From positions 64,001 through 128,000 of the IMG/VR virus record IMGVR_UViG_2894625894_000003: a stretch of 64,000 nt of DNA. One strand, 5' to 3'. The DNA is from a virus (Duplodnaviria > Caudoviricetes). Below, one piece after another: positions 38,000-47,643 of this stretch. The translations under genes were made by a program, and so were the position numbers. The notes below the pieces were generated by a model. It saw nothing but the letters and a program-made list of their open reading frames with translations, made no database searches and was not told the origin of the DNA. Each line of letters opens with the position of its first letter. The first letter of the stretch is position 1.

Positions 38000-40234
38000 T
38001 TAGATGTCGGTATTCTGGGTACCGTCCAGGATAGGGGCTTGCTGGAGGGTGAAAGGGGTACTTTCGTAGTCGTTCCGGTTTTCACCACCCGACCAAATCT
38101 CATTGTAGGGCTGGTGGCCTCCCGGATCCGGGTTGGTTGGGGTATCGCCCAGCGTCGTGACGCAGAACACCCCACCGTAGGCCGACACCCCAACATTGTT
38201 TTTGGCCCGAACACGGTAGCAGTATTGCGTACCGGCCGTTAGTCCCGTATCGGTATAGTTGGTGGTATTGGCCGGAAGAGGGGCCAGGAGAGTAAAACCA
38301 CTCACTGCACTGAGGGACCGTTCCAGCTCGTAGCCCGTTTCGTTGGTGGCACTGTCAAACCAGCTGATACTAATGACACTGCTGGAGAGGGCCAGTGCCG
38401 ACAGCAGTGATGGGGCGGCCGGTAACGTAGGCTGCACAGGAGCCGGCTCAAAATACACGGCACCTAATGAGTCGGTACCGGAAACAAAACCAAATGGGGG
38501 CTCTAGTCCAGTCGGTTTAGCGAGTCCTCCTAACCCCGTCGTTCCACCGGCCAGGCAGTTATCGGCAATGGTCTTGGACATGGTCACATCCGATCGGGTA
38601 CGTACGTTATTGCCAACGGGGTAATACCGACCCAGTGCCAGATCCGCTGCCGACTGTAATACCAGCACCCAGCCACTGCTGAATTCTTTGGTCCGGATGG
38701 CAATACTCTGGCCATTGACCAGCCGAACACCCACCTGTTGATCTTCTTCCATCATACAGGGTACTACCGGAGGGGTAACGACGGTAAAGGTCGCCGTCTT
38801 GGTATCGGTCAGTCCTAACTCGTCGGTTGTCGTCAGGGCAACGGGGTAAATACCCACTTGGGTAGGTGTGCCCGATGCAACGCGACCCGCACCGGAAATA
38901 CCGGGAGGCAAACCATCCCACTGGTAGGAAAGGCTATGGCCGTCACTATCCGTTGATTCGGGAGCCGTATAACTAAAGGCTACACCCCGCGTCAGGGTTT
39001 TATTGTCGATAGGAGCTCCGACGGGTGGATGGTTGACTGGATCCGTCGTCGATAGAATCCGGGTTTCAGCATGGAGCACCTTCCCACAGTTATTCAGGGT
39101 GAGGATCACTAGCTGGCGAATGACGCCATTTTCCTCCTGGAGGCTGGTGGCAATGTAACCACAGGCTATGGGCGGATATACCCCGTTTTTGATATAGAGT
39201 ACACTACTATTTTGTACGGGAATTGGCGTACTGACGGGTACCTGTTCTTCGACAAGCTGGTAACCGCTCATCACTACACTTCGGAAGGACGGCTGTTGCA
39301 GCCAGTTAATCAGGCTGGCCTCGGAGCGAAATGGTTCCGCTGGCAGGTTTCCTTTTTTCCGAAGCACCGCCGTCATCAGGGGCCAATTCTGAATCTGAGT
39401 GGGCGTATAGGTGGCTCCCTGGCAAGCCTGATTACAGGGAAAATCATCCAGCACGTGGGTAAAGACAACCTCAGATGATTTACAGGGTGGATCCGTGATG
39501 GTCTCCAGGTAGACACTATAGCTACCGGCTGGAATAGGAATACCCAGGGAGAAGAGCACCGTGCCGTCGGTTTCCGCCCGGGCGCTGCCACTTTGAATGG
39601 TTACCCCCGTACTGGAAAGAATATAGCACCGATACGGACCGGGGTTGGCACCTGTTCCCAGTGTGATGCGGTAGGTGCTACCGGCCTGTCCGGGTGGGGT
39701 GTCGATCCGATCGATCTGCTTGATGGGCAACCGGCAGGGTGTGGCATTGAGAACGACGATGGGAAACCGGGTTTCAATTTCCCCACAGGGGTTTTTAATT
39801 TTTACCGTCAGCGAAGCATTACCCGGTTGAAACCAGCGTACCGATACGGTAGGGGCATTGGCCCGGCCTTCAATACTTCCCCCGTAGCAGGTCCACTCAT
39901 AAGTAAACTCGGGGGTACCATCGCTGGCAACAGTATAAGCCAGCAGCCGGTCTGGCTGGGGCGTTTTCTCTCCCGTCAACAGCGCCGTGGTGACGGGCCG
40001 ACAGGCTGTACCGACCGTAATATGAGCCGTGTAGGATTCCGAACGGCCGCTGCTCTCGGTGACGGTAATTACGTAAGCATGGGGCTTACCATCCGAGAGG
40101 GCATCGAACTGGATCGTCAGCTGGTCGTCATTAGCCGCGTACTGACGAAACCGTTCGGTGTCGGGGTCCCCTTCCATCCGGACCGAAATCTGATTCGGTA
40201 CCAGGTTGGTGAGTTTGATGTAGGTTTCCGTCAT
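38000..40234 (-). CDS. Accessory fibre/decoration protein with PKD, He_PIG Ig-like and FN3 domains
   Basis: NHPPV...GLPPG...SGTPT; PAAP...W.D...NETGY.LER...YTDTGL..GTQYCYRVRA.N. Confidence 0.8.
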   Translation of the reverse strand: MTETYIKLTNLVPNQISVRMEGDPDTERFRQYAANDDQLTIQFDALSDGKPHAYVITVTESSGRSESYTAHITVGTACRPVTTALLTGEKTPQPDRLLAYTVASDGTPEFTYEWTCYGGSIEGRANAPTVSVRWFQPGNASLTVKIKNPCGEIETRFPIVVLNATPCRLPIKQIDRIDTPPGQAGSTYRITLGTGANPGPYRCYILSSTGVTIQSGSARAETDGTVLFSLGIPIPAGSYSVYLETITDPPCKSSEVVFTHVLDDFPCNQACQGATYTPTQIQNWPLMTAVLRKKGNLPAEPFRSEASLINWLQQPSFRSVVMSGYQLVEEQVPVSTPIPVQNSSVLYIKNGVYPPIACGYIATSLQEENGVIRQLVILTLNNCGKVLHAETRILSTTDPVNHPPVGAPIDNKTLTRGVAFSYTAPESTDSDGHSLSYQWDGLPPGISGAGRVASGTPTQVGIYPVALTTTDELGLTDTKTATFTVVTPPVVPCMMEEDQQVGVRLVNGQSIAIRTKEFSSGWVLVLQSAADLALGRYYPVGNNVRTRSDVTMSKTIADNCLAGGTTGLGGLAKPTGLEPPFGFVSGTDSLGAVYFEPAPVQPTLPAAPSLLSALALSSSVISISWFDSATNETGYELERSLSAVSGFTLLAPLPANTTNYTDTGLTAGTQYCYRVRAKNNVGVSAYGGVFCVTTLGDTPTNPDPGGHQPYNEIWSGGENRNDYESTPFTLQQAPILDGTQNTDI

Positions 40235-40716
40235 TAACAGTAGACCTCAAGCGTGGATACATCCGGCTCCGCGACAGGTTTGGTAATCTTGTCGATGTAG
40301 GCCGGGTTTTTTGAAATCAGATCGACCAGGGCCGCTACGTCCAGACAGGCCATGATCTCCCCGTTGTCAATCGTGAGTTTGATGAGCTTGTCGGGACAAT
40401 CCTTGACCTTTAAGGGAGCCTGCTTGATCAGACAGAGCTCGGTATCGACGGCCTGGGCAAAGTCAGCCCAGCTGCTGATTTTATAGGATTTGGTCAAGCA
40501 GCACAGCTGACCCATCTGCATACTGCAGAGCCGATCATCGATCTTTTCCAGGATCCGCTCCAGACTAGTACCATTCTTAATCCCCAGGCATCGGAGCTTA
40601 GAGGGTATGTTGGTATTACAGTGGTAGGTAATCCGGCTACTGTCGAAGGGTCCTACGGCCCGGCAATCCGGCGCCGGAGGGGGCTGGGGAGTGGTGCAGG
40701 GAGATTGGTTATTCAT
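40234..40716 (-). CDS. Cys-rich structural protein
   Basis: LRCLGIKNGTSLERILEKIDDRLC. Confidence 0.65.
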   Translation of the reverse strand: MNNQSPCTTPQPPPAPDCRAVGPFDSSRITYHCNTNIPSKLRCLGIKNGTSLERILEKIDDRLCSMQMGQLCCLTKSYKISSWADFAQAVDTELCLIKQAPLKVKDCPDKLIKLTIDNGEIMACLDVAALVDLISKNPAYIDKITKPVAEPDVSTLEVYC

Positions 40717-41194
40717 TCGGTAGGTAGGTTAGCGTCGAGGCACTGTATGAGGGAGCCGACACCAGGTCCCGCAGCCGGCATACCTCCCCTACCAGACTAC
40801 TCAGCACCCCCTTCAGTGTCGTGGTTCCGGGTCCGCAGGCTCCCGACAGACACCCGGCATCGACACTGGTAACTAGACTCATCAGGGCCTCAGCCGTGAG
40901 TTTCTTATTTTGATTGTCGATGGTTTGCTGGAGGGCCTGATTTTTGGTGACCAGGGCCGAGAGTATCTGAGACAGTGACGCCCCCGGAGCAAGGCCGAGT
41001 GAATCCAACAATTCTTTAGGGAAGCTCAGTTGCTGTTTGTGGTGGTCGATTTCGGCATCCAGCACTGGCAGGATGTCCCCCACCAGCAGGGAGCCACAAC
41101 TGGGCACCGGCACGAGCTTGAGCGGGGTGCCGTCATAGGCAACACAGTGGGCCGCTGTCGGGGATGGACAGGGTGCCCGGCGGATTGGTGGCAT
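40709..41194 (-). CDS. Cys-rich structural protein
   Basis: CVAYDG.PL...; coupled ORF. Confidence 0.65.
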   Translation of the reverse strand: MPPIRRAPCPSPTAAHCVAYDGTPLKLVPVPSCGSLLVGDILPVLDAEIDHHKQQLSFPKELLDSLGLAPGASLSQILSALVTKNQALQQTIDNQNKKLTAEALMSLVTSVDAGCLSGACGPGTTTLKGVLSSLVGEVCRLRDLVSAPSYSASTLTYLPNE

Positions 41195-41195
41195 G

Positions 41196-41411
41196 TTAGA
41201 GTTGATTATACAGCGTCTGGAGCGGCTCGATTTGGGTTAGCCCAAAGGCTCGTGGATCGGTAAGCCGGTCGGTTAACCGGTTGATGAGTGCCAACCGGCA
41301 GTTGGGTGTGGCCTGGTAGCCATAGGCCAGCTGGCCGTAGAGGACATTGCCCGCCCGCAGGGTGTTATTGCAGGGCAGGTTCTGCGGTGTAACAGGGATG
41401 GGCTTGAACAA
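41196..41411 (-). CDS. Small hypothetical protein
   Basis: Fills the operon gap; TTG start uncertain. Confidence 0.45.
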   Translation of the reverse strand: MFKPIPVTPQNLPCNNTLRAGNVLYGQLAYGYQATPNCRLALINRLTDRLTDPRAFGLTQIEPLQTLYNQL

Positions 41412-41721
41412 GGGGCAGTAGCAGAAAGTCTTCGACCTGACGCAGGCGGCTGGCTCCTACCGTGTTTTCGTAGACACAGTCGACGCCGGATTTGACAAAC
41501 CCCAGGTACTGGTTGATATGAGAGAGGGAGGTGTTGAGGGCGGCCAGGGTACCGGGCTGGTTTTCCTCACTCAGTTTAAGACAGTGAAGGATATGCAGAC
41601 TACGAAGCCGGCCAGCAGCTGATCCCAGGCAGTCCTGAGCAAAAGGAGCCTGGGGGTTGGCATTGACAAGGGCGGACGGCTGGTAAAGTGTGGGCAGGGG
41701 ATTACTCTTGCAGTTACACAT
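41365..41721 (-). CDS. Hypothetical protein (MCNCKS...)
   Basis: Likely start at MCNC, overlapping the upstream stop; the longer track ORF overlaps the previous gene. Confidence 0.55.
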   Translation of the reverse strand: MCNCKSNPLPTLYQPSALVNANPQAPFAQDCLGSAAGRLRSLHILHCLKLSEENQPGTLAALNTSLSHINQYLGFVKSGVDCVYENTVGASRLRQVEDFLLLPLVQAHPCYTAEPALQ

Positions 41722-42226
41722 GGCTGAATGTATCCAGGAGACGGCTGGCCCGGTCGTATTGGGCCGTAGCCAGCGTGAAGTGACCCGCTTCGGCATTAGC
41801 AGCGCCAGCCCGCAGCAACACATCGAGTTGAGCCAGTTGATGACCCAGCTCATCGAGTTGCCGATCATCCGTATCACAGCCTACTGCCAGGAGCCACTTG
41901 TCAATTCGGGCATTGAGCTGGGAGGTTTTAAGGTAGTTCAGACAAACGGAAACCCGGTCGTGGGGAGCTACTGCATACCGTATCTGGTAGATACCGTCCG
42001 GTAGTTCAACCCGGCCGCCCAATCCTAACTCCCAGCCGGTCAGGGTTGTCAGGCCCGCTACGTTCATGGCGATAGTAGAAGCCGTCACCCGTCCAGGCAG
42101 GATCACATTCAGTAGGGCCTGCTCGGGTTCGGTAAAGTAGGCCGATCGGTCGAGAATGACCAGTGTCCGGCTGTCAGCCTCCGCTACGGCAGAGATAGCC
42201 AGGCTATGGCGTTTGATGGCTTGCAT
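41714..42226 (-). CDS. Structural protein (tail hub-like, tentative)
   Basis: LPDGIYQIRY.V.P motif recalled from crAss-like structural genes. Confidence 0.55.
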   Translation of the reverse strand: MQAIKRHSLAISAVAEADSRTLVILDRSAYFTEPEQALLNVILPGRVTASTIAMNVAGLTTLTGWELGLGGRVELPDGIYQIRYAVAPHDRVSVCLNYLKTSQLNARIDKWLLAVGCDTDDRQLDELGHQLAQLDVLLRAGAANAEAGHFTLATAQYDRASRLLDTFSHV

Positions 42227-42264
42227 AACAAAGAAAGGCCGGACGAGTCAACCCCGCCCGGCCT
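42227..42264 (-). terminator. Intrinsic terminator
   Basis: AGGCCGGGCGGG-gttga-CTCGTCCGGCCT-TTCTTTGT. Confidence 0.75.
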
Positions 42265-42294
42265 ATTGAGATAGGGTTTCAGGAAAACGGATGC

Positions 42295-44223
42295 CTAGAT
42301 ATGCACCAGCGGTAGTTCCGGATTAGCCGAGGCAATTAGCCCGTTGATGGCTTCAGCAAAGGCCAGCCCTTTGCCCATGGGGTAGAAGAACCGATACATG
42401 ATCTGGAAGGGACCGCCCCCGAAAATGTTCGGGGTTGCCAGACTAGGCTGCAGCGTCAGCTGGTACTCGTCATAGAACTGGGACGGATCGGTAACGAACT
42501 TGTTGCCGAATACTTCACGGATCCGGGGATCGAAGGCATACTCCTTGAGGAAGTAACTCAGACTATCAAGCTCGGCCTCCACAATATCGGAGCCTTTACC
42601 GATAGCCCGGTCCGCTGTCTGCAGCACCGTAAACGGAATGTCCCGGGGCTCGTCTGGAGACGACGTGTAGTCGTGACTATGCGTCGAGATTTCGATATAA
42701 ACCGGTGAGTCATCGTCAATGCTACGGCCCGTATAGGGGAAGTTCTCCTGGGTCACCGTCTGTTTGAAGCGGGCACCCTCGAAGATCAACCCGTAATTGA
42801 CTCCCGTCTCGTCACCCGGTACTGGCAGGACTGGCTCCCAGTCCATACCGTCGAAGCTGGCCGGGCGGCTAAACGTATAATCTTCCAGAGCACAACCATC
42901 GACAATCGAGTTGTCCGACAATACGGTCGTCTCGTAGACGTGGACACATTGACCGGTAGTTACCGAGGAAACCGTCAGCGTTGGGTAACGGGCCTGTAAT
43001 TCGAGTAGTCGATCTGTTCCGCAAGCTGTATCCTGCAGAGTGATTCGGTATGCACGGCTGATTTTCTTACGGGTGCCGGCAGCGGCCCAGCTGTAGGTAG
43101 CACCGGCCGGTCCCCGGCAGATGTCCCGGCTGATACCCAGGTAAGCAATCGTAGTAGCCGACGCGCCACTGGTAAGTACCGTATCCGTGTTGGTGTCGTT
43201 ATCAACATAAACCAGATACGTATCCCCCGAGGTCGAGGTACGTACTTTCTTACGGCTGATCTGACCTGTCAGGGCTGGTAATGAACCAGTAGCTGTGCCG
43301 GCAGGTACCGTAAATTCAAAGGCTTTGATGCCGTCGACAGCTGTCCAGCCCGCTGGACAAGAGGCACACTGATCCAGGATCTGGGGAGAACTGGCCGTTG
43401 TATCAGCCGGAGCCGCCCCTGTTTTAATTGTTTGGTAGGTTGTGTTGAGGCCGTCCCGCTTTACCCGCTTGATAACCAGGGCTGGATACATCCCCTGAAT
43501 TGAACCCAGGGCATCTTCTGAACCGTCATCGACTACTGTCACCTGGTAAACGTTCAGGGTCGTGATGTCTCCAGCCGAAGGTGGCGTAGTGTACTTGGTG
43601 ATTTTTTTACAACTGGCGAGTCGGCTGATAGGTACCGATCCAAACGTAGCCCGGTGATAGGCATCGTAGATGGCCTGCTGCAAACGGGCACCAGATTCCT
43701 TGCCACTTAGGTCATCGCAGGGACCAATGGTTTTAGCATCGATATACAACTCGACAACGTGCGGGATATTTTTGTTGGTCAACCGTTGAACAGGTGTACC
43801 TTTCAAATAGATATACACCTTCAGATTCTCACCCCGATTGGCCGTAATGGTTTTACTCAGATCGTTCGAACCGTCGTAGCCCAGGGCCACAATCGGCTCT
43901 TTGCTGGACGGCTTGGCTTTGATACCCCGCCAGGCGACGATCTCACTGGCCTTGAAGTCAATAGTCTGGTGAACCCAGTTGGGCAGCAAGGCCCGGTCAA
44001 CCAGTGGATCGTAGGATTGATCCATACCCAGGGCAATGCGGAACTCAGCGCCTTTGGCATGTTTGGGGGTGGTGGTACCTTTGAAGGGCTGTCCCTTCCC
44101 GTTGCTTTGGAAAATACCGATTTGGTGAAGGCCCAAACTGGCTTTGTCCACCCCAGCAAACAGGGTTGGGTTGTTAGTTACCAGCGTAATCCGCTGGCCT
44201 TGGTTAAGTTTTCCCTGGTTCAT
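42295..44223 (-). CDS. Major structural/auxiliary capsid protein (642 aa)
   Basis: Position after the MCP and ring genes; followed by a terminator. Confidence 0.6.
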   Translation of the reverse strand: MNQGKLNQGQRITLVTNNPTLFAGVDKASLGLHQIGIFQSNGKGQPFKGTTTPKHAKGAEFRIALGMDQSYDPLVDRALLPNWVHQTIDFKASEIVAWRGIKAKPSSKEPIVALGYDGSNDLSKTITANRGENLKVYIYLKGTPVQRLTNKNIPHVVELYIDAKTIGPCDDLSGKESGARLQQAIYDAYHRATFGSVPISRLASCKKITKYTTPPSAGDITTLNVYQVTVVDDGSEDALGSIQGMYPALVIKRVKRDGLNTTYQTIKTGAAPADTTASSPQILDQCASCPAGWTAVDGIKAFEFTVPAGTATGSLPALTGQISRKKVRTSTSGDTYLVYVDNDTNTDTVLTSGASATTIAYLGISRDICRGPAGATYSWAAAGTRKKISRAYRITLQDTACGTDRLLELQARYPTLTVSSVTTGQCVHVYETTVLSDNSIVDGCALEDYTFSRPASFDGMDWEPVLPVPGDETGVNYGLIFEGARFKQTVTQENFPYTGRSIDDDSPVYIEISTHSHDYTSSPDEPRDIPFTVLQTADRAIGKGSDIVEAELDSLSYFLKEYAFDPRIREVFGNKFVTDPSQFYDEYQLTLQPSLATPNIFGGGPFQIMYRFFYPMGKGLAFAEAINGLIASANPELPLVHI

Positions 44224-44278
44224 ATAAGGAATCGGTCAGCTGGACCGTACAGGTTATGGGAAAAGGGAGGGGGGTTGG

Positions 44279-44977
44279 TTAGAAGGTTTCGCGTTCCTCG
44301 GTAGCGATTCGGTCAGCGGCCAGCTGGAAGCCACCACTCGATTGCCAGATGCGGAACGCTTCTTTGGCCAGCCGGTCGAGAATCTGATCGCAAGCTACAT
44401 CCTCCAGCTCTGGATTGATGGTAGATGCGGCAGAACCTGAATCGGTGATATAGCCGTTTAGATCGATATTGACCGGGTAGCGGTAATACGTGAGCTTAAC
44501 CTGGTCGATCATAAAGTCGGGGGCCAGGTACAGATGCAGCCCATCGGCCTGCAGCGTATAGAGCGTTTCCCGCCAGTCCCAGCTGGGATTGTTTAACGGA
44601 TCCCGAAGCAGCTCAGAGAGGTTAGCCATATCCGTCGGCCGGGCATCGAGTGACACTAACAGCTGGGGCTGCTCCCGGTAGAACGCCCGGGGCCGCACCT
44701 GTTTGAGTCTAGCCCAATGGAGTGGGCTGGTGTCTGCCACCACTTCCAGCTCCTGGGCCATTGTTTTTACCGGCAGGATCGTACTCACCAGCAGCCGGGA
44801 AAGATCATCCCGCTCATCGGAATCATCTTTTTTAGCCAACGACTGGTGGATCCACCGCCGTTGTTCCCGGTTCCAGAGGCTAACGAAGGCCGCTACCGGG
44901 AAGTCGAGGTTGACGCCCCGGTTGAGCTCGTTGAGCAGCAGCCGGGCGTCATAGTAGAGGTCTTCGGCTGTTTTCAT
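44279..44977 (-). CDS. Ring protein (crAss conserved capsid-module gene)
   Basis: DPLNNPSW.W; LTYYRYP; position. Confidence 0.7.
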   Translation of the reverse strand: MKTAEDLYYDARLLLNELNRGVNLDFPVAAFVSLWNREQRRWIHQSLAKKDDSDERDDLSRLLVSTILPVKTMAQELEVVADTSPLHWARLKQVRPRAFYREQPQLLVSLDARPTDMANLSELLRDPLNNPSWDWRETLYTLQADGLHLYLAPDFMIDQVKLTYYRYPVNIDLNGYITDSGSAASTINPELEDVACDQILDRLAKEAFRIWQSSGGFQLAADRIATEERETF

Positions 44978-45862
44978 CTACCAGTGTGGCAAGAATTCCT
45001 CCAGGATCTGAGCCAGCAGTTCCTGCTGACGGGTCAGACTCAGCTCACTAATTACATCGAGCTTGGTGCCTCCCAGTGGGGTCCCTTTATAGGTCCACTG
45101 ACCAGCTTCCTTGCCAAACTTGTGACGACGCATGGCCGTGTCCACTACGTACTGAATCTGCAACGTGGTATTGTCTTTTTCGATCTCGTCCTTCAGATGG
45201 CTCCACTCTTCGATGGATTTGAGCTTGGAACGGTAGTTAATCAGCTGCATGTACAGCGACTCCCGGTCCATGTGCTGGTTAACTGGCAGCGCCAGCCCCG
45301 AACAGATGTAGAAGAGTTTCTCACGGCTGTTTTTGATCAGACTGATCTTACCGGCTACCTCATCCATCAGCTCCTGAATCTCTACCTTACGTGAGGTATG
45401 CTGTACGGAATTGTGGACATACAGGAACGTATTAAGGTATTCCGGCTCGGAGAGCTGTTCGTAGCTATCGGCCACAAAACGTCCCGCCAGGGCTACCGTA
45501 TACTTCAGTTTATCCAGGGGCAAATCCAGATCCCAGGTCAGGTCGTGGCCACCCACTTCAACCAGATCAATCTCGAACTCCAGCCAGTAATCCGAATGAG
45601 GTCCCAGGTCAACACCGAGTTTGGCTTCGAGGTCCTTCTTAAGATCCTGAATCTCCTTGATTTTTTTGGCCCGGGTTTTGGGATCGGCAATCGATTGTAC
45701 CGATGGAGCATTTTCATTGAGACCCGTAACGAAGGTACGTTGGTCGCGTTCCTTGCGGGCAAAAACAGACTGACGGGCGGAAGGGTGGACAGCCAGGTCC
45801 AAGCGGTCGAGGCCAAAGTACTTGGCGGCTTCAGTGGGCCGCTGACGGATGGTAACTTTCAT
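44978..45862 (-). CDS. crAss conserved protein downstream of the MCP
   Basis: FVTGLNE...LEAKLGVDL...YW...LDL..PLD. Confidence 0.7.
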   Translation of the reverse strand: MKVTIRQRPTEAAKYFGLDRLDLAVHPSARQSVFARKERDQRTFVTGLNENAPSVQSIADPKTRAKKIKEIQDLKKDLEAKLGVDLGPHSDYWLEFEIDLVEVGGHDLTWDLDLPLDKLKYTVALAGRFVADSYEQLSEPEYLNTFLYVHNSVQHTSRKVEIQELMDEVAGKISLIKNSREKLFYICSGLALPVNQHMDRESLYMQLINYRSKLKSIEEWSHLKDEIEKDNTTLQIQYVVDTAMRRHKFGKEAGQWTYKGTPLGGTKLDVISELSLTRQQELLAQILEEFLPHW

Positions 45863-45879
45863 GGAAAAGTGAAAACAGT

Positions 45880-45918
45880 GAAGGAAACAACCCGGACCGG
45901 AAGGTCCAGCCCGGGTTG
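45880..45918 (-). terminator. Hairpin/terminator after the MCP
   Basis: CAACCCGGGCTGGACC-TTCC-GGTCCGGGTTG-TTTCC. Confidence 0.65.
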
Positions 45919-45940
45919 CGGAGACGAAAGGAAGAGGGGG

Positions 45941-47638
45941 TTAATCGTAGTCGAGTGGGTCTTCGCGTTCGATCAGGATTACGCGACTTGGGTCTTTAAG
46001 CCATACTTCACCCGCCCAGAACAATTTGATTTTGAAGCCAAAGAAGTCACCCGAGCTGATGTGGGCGTTCTTACCGGCACCGGCATACTGCATGAGGAAA
46101 TCCGGGCAGTAGTCACCGATCTGGAAGACCGTATGGGTGTCTGCGTAGTTCTTCGGCTTGAGCATAACGATGTTCTTGCCGTTGTTGAAACTATCTACCT
46201 GACCCTGTGGAATGGCATTGGAGAAGGTAGGATCGGTTAGATCCTTCACTAAAATAGAGTACGAGCTGTTCGGATAACGGCCGTAGAAGGTCGTCTCCGA
46301 TTTGGTGCCCTCAAAGTCAAGCGCTGGGTTGTGCTCGATCATTACCTCACCGGCTTCGGGGAAGTTATAGGACACGAATCGGAACCCACCGTAACGCAGG
46401 TTCATCGAATCACCCGACAACAGACCCTTCAGGGCTGGGTGGTCAGCTAGTACTGTGAATGGGTTGTCCTTACGGTACTCCTGGGCAAAGGCTTTCTGAA
46501 TTTCGATGAGAGCCCCCATGCCCATCTCGAATTTCACCCGGCGCATGTGCATCGGCAGATCCGAACGCCCGTAGAACATGGTACCCACCACGTCTTTCAG
46601 GATGTTGAGCAGCTGGCGGGTATCCGAATACTGTCGGTACATCCCCGTTTTCAGCTGTGGATAGAGACCCATACCCACGCGGGCCATCGTACCCCGGCCG
46701 TCGTAGATCACCCCACCGGTATTCCACATGCAGTGCATTTCCTGCATACGGGCCTGTTCGCGGTAGAGCATCTCGATGATGGTTGGCATCCAGCGGCCAG
46801 ACCCTTTAACCTGCTTGGAGCGGTCGTAGCGGTCCTTGTTGTTTGGATCGTAGGGATCCCCCATCGTCTCAAACATGTAGACAATAGAAGCCAGGTGTGG
46901 GTTGCAGTACTGGTTCAACAGGCTCTTGTCCATTCCTTCCGGAATTTTCTTGAGCTCGATCATATCGGCATTACCCGTCATTACGTGCTCCAGGCCCTGC
47001 AGGGTCTCCCCCGTCTGGAACATGAGCGTCTCGTAACCGTCCGAGTCATTGCTGATGGCCGAATTCTCGGTTGACCATTCGGTTTTGATATGGCCGATTT
47101 TAAACCATTCCACGTCCGGCTGCAGGAACTTGCGAGGTACGTACGCCTTGGGATCGGTGGACTTCACCCGCAGACAGTACTTCCAGCCCGAACTATACGG
47201 CTCCACTTCCTCGTCGAAGACCACGTAACACTGGACACCGATTCGGCGGTTGTAGGTCAGAATGTCCCCTTTCTGGTAGCGGTTGGTGTCGAGTACCGTA
47301 TAAAACTTCTCCCGGCCAATACCAACGCGGTCCTGGTCGCCGGCAATGTCTTCCAGTACTTTGGGCAGGCTGGTTTTGTAGGGAACCGTGTAGGTCAGCT
47401 GCTCCCCCATCGTGTTGGTATACTGAACGTTACCGCTCAGCTCCGTCATCGAGATGATAGGGGTATTGACAATCTGGTAGTGATTCCAGAGTTTAAGCAG
47501 ACCCAAATACTGCTGTTGAGAACCAAGCATCTGGGTAACCGTATTGGCTTCCGTGTGTTTAGTGCCCAAATTCAGCTGGGTTCGGCCCATGGCTACGCCA
47601 TGCTGCAGGCCGTTCACTGGTGATCCAGGTTGAATCAT
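45941..47638 (-). CDS. Major capsid protein
   Basis: 565 aa; G.GLYPQL, GFRFVSY, IEHNPALD, VWLKDPSR are crAss MCP-type motifs. Confidence 0.9.
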   Translation of the reverse strand: MIQPGSPVNGLQHGVAMGRTQLNLGTKHTEANTVTQMLGSQQQYLGLLKLWNHYQIVNTPIISMTELSGNVQYTNTMGEQLTYTVPYKTSLPKVLEDIAGDQDRVGIGREKFYTVLDTNRYQKGDILTYNRRIGVQCYVVFDEEVEPYSSGWKYCLRVKSTDPKAYVPRKFLQPDVEWFKIGHIKTEWSTENSAISNDSDGYETLMFQTGETLQGLEHVMTGNADMIELKKIPEGMDKSLLNQYCNPHLASIVYMFETMGDPYDPNNKDRYDRSKQVKGSGRWMPTIIEMLYREQARMQEMHCMWNTGGVIYDGRGTMARVGMGLYPQLKTGMYRQYSDTRQLLNILKDVVGTMFYGRSDLPMHMRRVKFEMGMGALIEIQKAFAQEYRKDNPFTVLADHPALKGLLSGDSMNLRYGGFRFVSYNFPEAGEVMIEHNPALDFEGTKSETTFYGRYPNSSYSILVKDLTDPTFSNAIPQGQVDSFNNGKNIVMLKPKNYADTHTVFQIGDYCPDFLMQYAGAGKNAHISSGDFFGFKIKLFWAGEVWLKDPSRVILIEREDPLDYD

Positions 47639-47643
47639 TAGGA

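Noticed and set aside
29024-40234. Diversity-generating retroelement or invertible shufflon acting on fibre genes
   Set aside because: No reverse transcriptase, recombinase or near-identical nucleotide repeat pair seen in the window
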